Program-made: the position numbers and the translations under genes
In this document: positions 30,832 through 39,050 of the stretch, in pieces
How positions within the stretch are numbered: the stretch's first letter is position 1
Layout: every line of letters starts with the position of its first letter
The notes under the pieces: model-generated
What the model was told of the DNA's origin: nothing
The model's input: only the letters and a program-made list of their open reading frames with translations
The model's database searches: none
NCBI GenBank assembly: GCA_016192685.1
Contig: JACPTS010000001.1
Location: forward strand, 161,710 to 225,709
Length of the DNA stretch: 64,000 nt
Source of the DNA: Candidatus Harrisonbacteria bacterium
GTDB taxonomy: Bacteria > Patescibacteriota > Minisyncoccia > UBA6257 > 02-FULL-45-10c
Reading direction: 5' to 3'

Positions 30832-31767
30832 TAAAAGGCAGTAATTTGAGGTCCGACAATCGGGAAAGAATTATTTTTAGTAATCGTAGCTACGCGGTTA
30901 AGGTCATTATAGTCGTAAGCCGAAACATCCAAGACAGATTCAATATCTAACCGAACATATGGTTTTTCCGCTCCGTAACTATAAGTAACAAAATACCCCA
31001 ATACATAATAACTATTTCCGGAGACGATTAGCCCCTTATTTTCTTTAGTTTCATTGGGAATAAGCTTAAATTCAACAACTCCACTTTGAGAAATATCCGC
31101 TTCCGCCAATACCGGACCACTATCCGCGTTAGCTAATAATTTAAATTTCGTAAGATAAAGATTATTAAAAGTGCCTTTATTTTTAAAGCGAATTTGGGTA
31201 ATAGCGATTTTTTCGTCCGCGGAAACTTTAAAAGCGGTTAAAGTTTTTTCTCCGTAACTGCTTAGGGTTATTGATGGATAGGTTGTTTCAATCTTGAGCG
31301 TGCTTTCAAAAGGATTGGGTAAGATTACTGCCGGGGTTGTAGTGGCAACAGCTTCTTCTAAAACTGGTTTAGGCTCTGGCATTGATGCTGGCTCCGGCGC
31401 TTGGGTCGGTGCCGGAGCTGGAGCTGAAACCGCTGCCGGTGCTTGCCCTGAGCTTGCCGAAGGGCCGCCCATTTTCGCCCGAGTTCTCGGACCAAAATAT
31501 CCGGCTGCCGGAGAAACTCCGTTCGCGGCCTGCCATTTGGCAAGAGCTTTCTTGGTTAGAGAACCGAAGGTTTCGGTTTCATTGCCAGGAGAGCCTGCGC
31601 CGCTAAGAGGTAAGGGGGGTGGGAGCTGCTAATTGAGTTTGCAAGTTAGCGATTTGCGCTAACAAGGCTGCAATTTGCTCTTCCAAAGTTGCTCCGTGGA
31701 CGACTGTCAATACGCCAACGCCAGAAAGCGAAACAATTGTAGCCGCTAATAATAATTTCTTTTTCAT
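30831..31767 (-). pseudogene. secreted PG-binding Ser/Thr/Pro-rich surface protein, paralog of the N-terminus of ORF 33555..37193, interrupted by a +1 frameshift in a G6/C6 homopolymer (31614..31619)
   Basis: The ATG at 31767 gives MKKKLLLAATIVSLSGVGVLTVVHGATLEEQIAALLAQIANLQTQLAAPTPLTS*, with the stop at 31603..31605. The downstream frame reopens at 31628 and continues as ...SGAGSPGNETETFGSLTKKALAKWQAANGVSPAAGYFGPRTRAKMGG... to 30831. Deleting one G from the run fuses the two into a continuous 311-aa ORF. Confidence 0.5.
31466..31698. repeat. copy 1 of a duplicated DNA cassette (139 bp plus 75 bp identical segments) encoding the signal-peptide-proximal and PG-binding module shared with the gene at 33555..37193
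   Basis: 31466..31604 is identical to 36778..36916; 31624..31698 is identical to 37019..37093. Confidence 0.85.
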
Positions 31768-31775
31768 TATTTTAA

Positions 31776-33461
31776 TTATAACTTAAATTTATAAACCGTA
31801 AACATTAAAAGATTATCATAGCCATAGATTGTTTTTACAGGGCTTAGGCGCAATTCTTGATTCAAAAATAATTCCAAATCTTCAGCGGCATTAGAATGAA
31901 ATATCGGATTCAAATACGTCTTCCGGCTTGCTTTGGCAAAATAAATATCATAGCCGTCAAATCGGCTAGCGCCGTCTTTTAAAAAATTTTTAAATTGAGT
32001 TACCGTAAAACTTGGGAAGCCGGAATAATACGTGCGCCTGGTAAAAACCCAAAGCCGCGGCGACAAAGCTATATTTTCATCATAAATAATAATGGTTGAT
32101 TTTTCGCTGGCCGGAATCCGCCGGGCGTTCATTTTAAGAAGGCGGTCTAAATGCGGATTGGAAGAAGCCGGAATGGCCAATGACCGTTTCTGGCCCAATT
32201 CAACATCAAAATAATGGTCTAAAGCAGCTATCCCAAAATCCGGAAAGGTCAGAAAAATATCAATCGCAAAAAATAATTCGTAAGCCAAAAAGGTAACCAA
32301 TAAAATCTTAAATAGAACTTCTTTGTGGAATTTAGAATATAAATAATCAAAAAAGTAAGCAATAAGCATAGCCGCGGGCGCGGCATATAAAACGATAAAG
32401 CGGAATGCCGAGCCGATTTTAATAAGCATTAGAGTAATAAAAATAAAATTAAGCAGCCAAAAAATTAAATAATTCTCATTGGTCTTATTAGTCCTATAGG
32501 ACTTATAGGTCCGATAAGCCGCCCAACCGATCCCAGTTAAGGCCGCCAAAAGAAACGGAATAGAATACATCAATGTCAAATTAGAAATAATCTCCGAAAA
32601 GGGGTCTTGAATTTTTCCTAATGACGCCCGCCATTCAGGAGTTGGCTGATTAAATACATACGCAAACTGCAAATCAAAATGGCCAACCGTCTGCCAAAGA
32701 TAAAAATTGTAAATCAAAACTGGACTAAACAATAAAAACGCTAAACCGAAAGCGGAGAACAAATAGGCCCAATCAGTCCTATCAGACCTATTGGTCCAGT
32801 AAGTCTTATAAGTCCAATAAGTTAGATAAACCGGCACCAAGAAAATACTCGTGTATTTTGTTAAAAAAGCAAGGCCGAGCGTCATGCCGAATAGCCACCA
32901 ATCTTTGGAGGTTCGACCTCCATTGGAGGTCGAACCTCCCCAAAGTTTAAAAAAATAATAAATGTTTAAAAGGATGAAAAAAATCTGGACTGATTCAAAT
33001 AAACTGGAACGGGAAATCCAGATATGAATCAAACTGAGAGAAAGCAGCAGAGGCGCGAAAAATTTTGACAATGAATTTATGAAAACTCTCTCTGATAATA
33101 GATAAACCAAATAAATTGATAAAATGCCGGCAATCGCCGACGGCAAACGGGCGACAAAAAGCGAATTTCCAAAAATTTTAAAAAATAGATTCTGGATTAA
33201 AAAAAAGAGCGGAGGATGGTCATGAAAGGAAAGATGCGTCCACCAAGGCAAGACCGCTGCGTCTTTAAACCATTGGATCGGCGCGGTTTGGTCGTCATTT
33301 TGGATATAATCCAGATAGCCGATGGAACGAAATGCGGTAAAGCCCTCGTCGTGGTAAAATTCCGAAGAACCAAGCCCCCAAAATCGCAAAAGCGCGGCTA
33401 AAAAAAGAATCGCGATTAAGACCTGTTTTTCGGTAATTTTATATCCAAAGATAGTAAACAT
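31776..33461 (-). CDS. GT-C protein O-mannosyltransferase-like (PMT/ArnT family)
   Basis: YHDEGFTAFRSIGY DE motif; LFVARLPSAIAGILSIYLVYLL; LGLAFLTKYTSIF; carries a 33-nt perfect GC-rich palindrome insert (32903..32945) that the paralog lacks. Confidence 0.7.
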   Translation of the reverse strand: MFTIFGYKITEKQVLIAILFLAALLRFWGLGSSEFYHDEGFTAFRSIGYLDYIQNDDQTAPIQWFKDAAVLPWWTHLSFHDHPPLFFLIQNLFFKIFGNSLFVARLPSAIAGILSIYLVYLLSERVFINSLSKFFAPLLLSLSLIHIWISRSSLFESVQIFFILLNIYYFFKLWGGSTSNGGRTSKDWWLFGMTLGLAFLTKYTSIFLVPVYLTYWTYKTYWTNRSDRTDWAYLFSAFGLAFLLFSPVLIYNFYLWQTVGHFDLQFAYVFNQPTPEWRASLGKIQDPFSEIISNLTLMYSIPFLLAALTGIGWAAYRTYKSYRTNKTNENYLIFWLLNFIFITLMLIKIGSAFRFIVLYAAPAAMLIAYFFDYLYSKFHKEVLFKILLVTFLAYELFFAIDIFLTFPDFGIAALDHYFDVELGQKRSLAIPASSNPHLDRLLKMNARRIPASEKSTIIIYDENIALSPRLWVFTRRTYYSGFPSFTVTQFKNFLKDGASRFDGYDIYFAKASRKTYLNPIFHSNAAEDLELFLNQELRLSPVKTIYGYDNLLMFTVYKFKL

Positions 33462-33494
33462 ATAAATAATATAAGTCCAATGGCCCCCAAAATC

Positions 33495-33521
33495 AAAACC
33501 CCCCGCAAAGCGGGGGGTTTT
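33495..33521. terminator. rho-independent terminator hairpin (bidirectional), downstream of the giant surface protein gene
   Basis: aaaaccccccgc-aaa-gcggggggtttt. Confidence 0.6.
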
Positions 33522-33554
33522 GTAATCTCTAGATTATCTCAAGTAATTTAGAAA

Positions 33555-36500
33555 CTATTTAGACAAAGTGGTAGCGGTCATGTTCGTTGCCGGTAATCCA
33601 GTCACGCCATAACCATTGGTCCAGTCCAGATTGTACTGGTACTGAAGATTAGATTCATTGGATGAAGTGGATCGCGGCGACCAAATAAAGTCGTTTTGAC
33701 CGTCACTGTTTATCGTGCTAGCTGAACCAAGAGTACCAGCAGTTACGCCACCACTGCCAACATATTGGCCAGGAGTCAAAGTCGGATAAGCCGAGTCGCC
33801 TTCCAACTGAACGCTAAGGTTTTCAGCAGTTCCAGAAGGAGCGAGTGTGCCAACCGAACCTCTTAATTCAAACCAGCGGGATTCGCCGGAAGGAATCTTC
33901 ATAGTAGTGGTGCCTAAGGCACAACCAGTTTTGTCCGGGAAGATTTCCACAAGCGCGGAGCCTGTTCCAAGATTTCCGCCAGTAGCAGCTGATGCGCCAG
34001 ATGTCCTGCCATTGTAGCAATTCCCAGCGTTAATCAAACCGCCAGCATTGTTCGCTCCGCTAAAATCACCGTCTGGAGAACTATATCCGGAATCAGTGAA
34101 AGCGTAAAGCGAAAACTTAGTGGTAGTAGCATTGGAACTTGCCGCTGTTGACGAAGATACGCTGAAAGAAAGCTTAAACAAGTTAATGTCTCCTTGTTTA
34201 GCAGTTATCTTAAAGCGATAGAGCGGCAAGCCATCCTGCGCTTGAAGGGTCTTGTTCGCAAGAGTGCCAGCTTCAAACGTCGGATAAGCTCTCATAATCC
34301 TAACACCGGTGGAAGAGGCAAGAGCGCTGGTCGGAGTAATTGTCTGACCAGAAGAAAGGCCGGTTCCATAGTTAGAAGTGAGGCCGCCGCCGCCGTCATA
34401 GTCAACTTTCAATAAATCGCCAGATTTAACGAGCGGACCAGAAGCGGAAATTCCAGCAAGAGTTCCTTTGACAGTCAAAACTTTAGAACCGTCTTTTGGA
34501 ACTGTGAAGCCGGTAATGGTCGTAGAAGTAGCATTGTCGTTACTGGAGAAAGTGGCAGTGCCAAGCTTGGTAGCTCCATCCCACAAAGTAACTTCTTGGT
34601 TAACTAAGTCAACCGGAGTGTTAGAAGCGCCATCGCTCAATATCAGAGTCAATTGTTTGATGGAAACATCTTCATTAGTAGCGCTGTACTTCAAACGGGA
34701 CAACGTTACTGTTTCGCCAGGAGAAGCAACTAGATAATTCTCTGTAGCTTCCAAGGTAACCGCGAAACTGCCATTGGTTGTCGCCGACATCAATTGGCCC
34801 ATATTATCGTTTTCCGTTACAGTGGCGCTCTGTCCGGATACCAAACCAGTTGGCGACGGAGAAGAATCGCTATCATAACCCCAACGATAAGAACCAGTGG
34901 CCGCGGATTTCAAATCGCACTTCAAAGACAATTGCTTGGTAGCTCCCTTGGTAAGGGTCAAGCCAGTGCCGTCAAAAGTAAACGAAGTGGAAGAACCGCG
35001 AGCCGAAGGATTGACCACGTTACCGCCAGTGGTAAGCAAGGTCGCGCCATCATAAAGTTTGCAGTTAGTTAAATCAGTCGCGCTGCCGCTCGGAATATTA
35101 TATTCCAATGGAAGCGAAGTTAACCGCAAATCTTCACCGGATGCCGCCGTATCCAAGATATACTTGGCAAACTCAAACTGCTGAACGCCAGCAATAACAG
35201 TCTGCGCGATTGGCACAGACGAAACACTGACAGTCATTGCCGGACCTTTGGCAGTCATAGTCTGGCCCGAAACTTTAGAAGTCGGGCTAGGAGTAACTGT
35301 AACGCCAGTAGCTTGGCCAGTTACCGTACCCCAGTCACTGGAAGGAGTAGTAGAAGCCACAATCGTGTCGTTATTTTCAAACGCAGTTGTGCCAGCTGCT
35401 AATTTACCAACCATTTTAAGTTTGGTAACGCCAACCGGGAAGGTAATCGTATCAGTGAAAGTCAAGTTGGCTGTTCCAGCAGTATCCAAAGCTGTTGAGC
35501 TCGGATCAACCGGACCGGCAAGAGTCTTGCCAGTAGCCGCATCAATAAGCTTTACATTATCTAAGTCATCTAGACCAAGACCGGTAGTACCGGAGCTTTG
35601 CGTAAGCGTAATGTGCATTTTTATACTGCCAACAGAAATCTGTTCACCTTTAACATCAACTGACCATCCGCCTAACGGCTGATCAGCCAAGTTAATGGCG
35701 ATATTTTGAGCCGCCACGGTGTTATCCGCGCTAACGGTCATAGTTCCGGTAGAAACCAAGACCTGAGCCGCGTCATACCATGGGTCTTCTGTGTTGCTGA
35801 AAGCGGCCGTATCATCGGTCGGATCAGTTGACCCGGTTTGCGGAGGAATAATGCCATAGCCATAGGTTTCGCCTACGACAAAGAGATCAGTCCTTTTCGC
35901 AAGATCAAAGTCAATTGTCCTGGATGATCCGCTGACAACGTCACCTTTGAGATTGACTTCTTTATTAAAGCCCTTGTCAATCAAGATACCGCTGCCTGGG
36001 AAAACTGATGAATAATACTTCCCATCAGAACTTATAGTAGTGTCGTAGGAAGTACCATCAACAACGGTTTTCACATTGCCCAAATCCGAAGATCCGGCAG
36101 AACCGGTTTGATTCCAACGGATAGACTTCAAATAGACTTTTTCGGCAGAGCCGGCAGTAACTTTAACCGAAGAAAAGGTGTAACTCGTGGTACCAATTTC
36201 TTTGGTTTGGCTAGCGCCTGGATCTAACGGGCCACGAGCCATAGTAACGCTACCAATTGTTAAGGTTTCGTTAATGGTATGAGTGGTTCCAGTAAGAGGC
36301 AAAGCGCCATTTACGGCTGCTGAGGTATTAACCGCAGTTACCCGCAAAGCCAAAGTCTGGCCTCCATAAGAGCCGCCGACAGCTGCGCGATTTGCCGCAA
36401 CCGTTACAACTTTAGTGGTACCGGCTGCTACTTTCATTGACTCGCCAACTGTGGCTTTATGCTCGGAACTTAAAGTCTTTTTAAGGCCAAGCTGGTTGCC

Positions 36501-37193
36501 AGCATCATCTAATAAGAGAACGCTGTCCAAAGCCGCGTCAGCAGCTAAACCAGTTCTTTCTACTGTTAATCCGGTAACAGTTACATCGCCGTCAGCAGAA
36601 GCAGTCAAGTAAACCTTAGTAAAAGGAATTCTTGCCGCATCGCCAGGAGCGAGAGTCGCTGTTGGCTGGTCTGGAGCTAACGTTACCGTTAATCCAGTGC
36701 CTTGCGGTGTTACTACCACCACTGGAGCTGGCGTTGTACCGCCAGTTGTTGGAGCTGGTGCTGGAGCCGCTGCCGCGCCGCCCATTTTCGCCCGAGTTCT
36801 CGGACCAAAATATCCGGCTGCCGGAGAAACTCCGTTCGCGGCCTGCCATTTGGCAAGAGCTTTCTTGGTTAGAGAACCGAAGGTTTCGGTTTCATTGCCA
36901 GGAGAGCCTGCGCCGCTATATTGCTGTAAGGCCTTGACTGCCGCTCCTTTGCTGCCGAGGGTGAGGTCCCCAGAAGAGGTAAGGGTAGCGGAAGCAGTGC
37001 CTGTTCCAGCTGATTCTTGAGCTGCTAATTGAGTTTGCAAGTTAGCGATTTGCGCTAACAAGGCTGCAATTTGCTCTTCCAAAGTTGCTCCGTGAGCAGC
37101 CATTGGAAGCAAAGTTCCTGCTCCGGAAAGGGAAATAACTGTCGCAATTGATACGACAGCTGTAGAAACTTTGTTAATTAATTTATTTTTCAT
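33555..37193 (-). CDS. giant secreted Thr/Ser/Gly/Ala-rich cell-surface protein with N-terminal signal peptide and peptidoglycan-binding-like domain (S-layer-like, candidate O-glycosylation substrate)
   Basis: 1212 aa. Signal peptide MKNKLINKVSTAVVSIATVISLSGAG, then a coiled segment, then a PG_binding_1-like LGSKGAAVKALQQY...ETFGSLTKKALAKWQAANGV...GYFGPRT, then more than 1000 aa of low-complexity T/S/G/A-rich beta-like repeats. Confidence 0.7.
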   Translation of the reverse strand: MKNKLINKVSTAVVSIATVISLSGAGTLLPMAAHGATLEEQIAALLAQIANLQTQLAAQESAGTGTASATLTSSGDLTLGSKGAAVKALQQYSGAGSPGNETETFGSLTKKALAKWQAANGVSPAAGYFGPRTRAKMGGAAAAPAPAPTTGGTTPAPVVVVTPQGTGLTVTLAPDQPTATLAPGDAARIPFTKVYLTASADGDVTVTGLTVERTGLAADAALDSVLLLDDAGNQLGLKKTLSSEHKATVGESMKVAAGTTKVVTVAANRAAVGGSYGGQTLALRVTAVNTSAAVNGALPLTGTTHTINETLTIGSVTMARGPLDPGASQTKEIGTTSYTFSSVKVTAGSAEKVYLKSIRWNQTGSAGSSDLGNVKTVVDGTSYDTTISSDGKYYSSVFPGSGILIDKGFNKEVNLKGDVVSGSSRTIDFDLAKRTDLFVVGETYGYGIIPPQTGSTDPTDDTAAFSNTEDPWYDAAQVLVSTGTMTVSADNTVAAQNIAINLADQPLGGWSVDVKGEQISVGSIKMHITLTQSSGTTGLGLDDLDNVKLIDAATGKTLAGPVDPSSTALDTAGTANLTFTDTITFPVGVTKLKMVGKLAAGTTAFENNDTIVASTTPSSDWGTVTGQATGVTVTPSPTSKVSGQTMTAKGPAMTVSVSSVPIAQTVIAGVQQFEFAKYILDTAASGEDLRLTSLPLEYNIPSGSATDLTNCKLYDGATLLTTGGNVVNPSARGSSTSFTFDGTGLTLTKGATKQLSLKCDLKSAATGSYRWGYDSDSSPSPTGLVSGQSATVTENDNMGQLMSATTNGSFAVTLEATENYLVASPGETVTLSRLKYSATNEDVSIKQLTLILSDGASNTPVDLVNQEVTLWDGATKLGTATFSSNDNATSTTITGFTVPKDGSKVLTVKGTLAGISASGPLVKSGDLLKVDYDGGGGLTSNYGTGLSSGQTITPTSALASSTGVRIMRAYPTFEAGTLANKTLQAQDGLPLYRFKITAKQGDINLFKLSFSVSSSTAASSNATTTKFSLYAFTDSGYSSPDGDFSGANNAGGLINAGNCYNGRTSGASAATGGNLGTGSALVEIFPDKTGCALGTTTMKIPSGESRWFELRGSVGTLAPSGTAENLSVQLEGDSAYPTLTPGQYVGSGGVTAGTLGSASTINSDGQNDFIWSPRSTSSNESNLQYQYNLDWTNGYGVTGLPATNMTATTLSK
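36778..37093. repeat. copy 2 of the duplicated cassette (N-terminus of the giant surface protein gene)
   Basis: see copy 1. Confidence 0.85.
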
Positions 37194-37591
37194 AATCTTT
37201 TTTTGACCTTTCCTCTTGAACTAAATTTATCGACGATTTAACCCAAGAAGAAATTTTTTAGTTATTAATTTGTTAATTTTACGTTTCAAAAATTATCCCT
37301 TTTTACTGTCCCCGCTAAGCGGAGCCGACCCCAGTAAAAGAATAATCTGATATCTAAATGAAAAATCTCGCTTTTGAGCGAGACTGAATTCATTAACTGA
37401 CAACTAACGACCGACGACAAACAACTTTAAAAGTCGTTAGTCGTAAGTTATTAAGTCGTAAGTCAATTTTTCGATCCAGCCTCACTCTGAATCTCTACTT
37501 TTTTAGTATATAACTTTTAGCCTAAAATCTCAAAGCTAAATTGTGTATAATAGGAGACTTTTGGGCTTCAGAATATATAACGATATTGGAG

Positions 37592-38236
37592 CTAATTTAT
37601 TACGCTTTGAACAGCTGCCTTATAATAGCTTGCCGGTCCCCCATTGCCTACTCTTTCAATTACCCCTTGTTCACATAATCTTTGCAGGTCATATCTTAGG
37701 GTTCGTTCGCTAACATCCGGAAATTCAACCAATAAATCCTTAAAGCGGCAACCATTGCCGGATTTTATCCTATTTATGATTGCCGATTGCCGAATTGCCG
37801 CATTTAAACCATTGTTGTTTACTTTTGATTCTGAATCTAAGGACTCTTCTTTCTTATTATTTTCTTCTGGCACTTCTGGTAATCTAGCTCTAAAAAATGT
37901 CTCTAAATCAGGCAATACTTCGTTTAAATTGCCGGATTGCCGAATTGCCGCATTAAGGCTATCTAATTCCCTAACTAAAATCGTGGCGTTGACCGGCTCT
38001 ATTTCATAAATAGAATGGCCAAGGCGGACTAAGCCGTCTAGAACTGAAATTGTAGCCAGTGCCTTGTTAGCGTTATCCAGACTGCTATCCGCGCTTACCC
38101 GGCTGGAATTTTCTAAAAGTTCCACTGCCAGGGCTTCCAATCGCGAACGCAAATCCTCTCTCTTCACGTACCAAGCTACCCTGATTAAGGCATAAGATAT
38201 TTCGCGGGCCTTATCTCTAATAAATTGCGCGGACAT
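37592..38236 (-). CDS. putative transcriptional regulator with C-terminal winged-helix (DeoR-like HTH) domain and an internally duplicated helical N-terminal domain
   Basis: C-terminal RFKDLLVEFPDVSERTLRYDLQRLCEQGVIERVG; duplicated LNAAIRQS segments, encoded by the repeated gccggattgccgaattgccgcatt. Confidence 0.45.
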   Translation of the reverse strand: MSAQFIRDKAREISYALIRVAWYVKREDLRSRLEALAVELLENSSRVSADSSLDNANKALATISVLDGLVRLGHSIYEIEPVNATILVRELDSLNAAIRQSGNLNEVLPDLETFFRARLPEVPEENNKKEESLDSESKVNNNGLNAAIRQSAIINRIKSGNGCRFKDLLVEFPDVSERTLRYDLQRLCEQGVIERVGNGGPASYYKAAVQSVIN

Positions 38237-38282
38237 AGAAATAATTCTATATCTACCGCGAAAGAAAAGTCAACTTAAAAAT

Positions 38283-39050
38283 TTAAATGGTTAATGCCCA
38301 ACTGGAACTCCAAAAAATAAGCCCAGCTAAAATTAAAAAGAAAACCAAGTGCTGGATTAAAAATTCCCGAGAGATGCCGCCGGTAAAATGTTTAAAAAGA
38401 AAATCCGCCAGCGCAAAAGTAAAAAGCAGCATTAAATTAGCCGAACTGATAAAACCGACCGGCAAAAGCGCCGCTGCCCAAAGAAGCTGGGCCACCAGGA
38501 AGGCGGCAACGCCGGCCGCCAAAAGCTCGCGTTTCGGAAAACTAAAAGCGGAAATAAGTTTCAGCCATTCTCGAAAAAGCAAAAAAGAGGCAAAAATTGC
38601 GGCGCCGTATTTCAATAAAAACCACTCGGATTTATCCGACAGGAAAAATTCAATATAAATAGAATAAAAAATCAAAATGGCGGCTAGATAATATAACCTG
38701 CTTCTTTTTATAAAATGATAATTTTTAATTCCCGCCAAAAGATAAAAAATAAAGGCGTATAAAAAAATGCCAGGCCAAAATAAAATAGATTTTTCCAAAA
38801 TCCGCATTCCCAAAATCGCCGCCGGCAATAAAACCAAAAAAGCGTAGCCAGTGGAATAATTTTGAAAAAGCGGCCTGGCGTAAATCGCCGTACTACCCAA
38901 AATAAATAAAAATAACGGGAAAAGACTGAAATCCCAAACCGCTGTCCAGGCCAGCAAAGTGCCGAAAATAATACTTTTAAGAAGTAGCAATAACCGGTTC
39001 TGGTGCGCCTGCCACTGATTTTGTAAGGCTGATTTTAGCTTTTCCGCCAT
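38283..39050 (-). CDS. hypothetical polytopic membrane protein
   Basis: 255 aa with about 8 transmembrane helices; overlaps the 3' end of clpB by 74 nt. Confidence 0.4.
   Translation of the reverse strand: MAEKLKSALQNQWQAHQNRLLLLLKSIIFGTLLAWTAVWDFSLFPLFLFILGSTAIYARPLFQNYSTGYAFLVLLPAAILGMRILEKSILFWPGIFLYAFIFYLLAGIKNYHFIKRSRLYYLAAILIFYSIYIEFFLSDKSEWFLLKYGAAIFASFLLFREWLKLISAFSFPKRELLAAGVAAFLVAQLLWAAALLPVGFISSANLMLLFTFALADFLFKHFTGGISREFLIQHLVFFLILAGLIFWSSSWALTI

Noticed and set aside
31611-31623. The G6 frameshift could be a homopolymer sequencing error rather than biology
   Set aside because: Not rejected outright. It is reported as a pseudogene or phase-variable gene with an explicit read-level test, and cannot be resolved without reads.
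31294-31632. Plus-strand ORFs 31294..31632, 31382..31606, 36632..36937 and 36697..37020, with identical peptide segments
   Set aside because: They are antisense to the surface-protein genes. The shared amino acids simply reflect the duplicated DNA cassette. There is no independent coding support.
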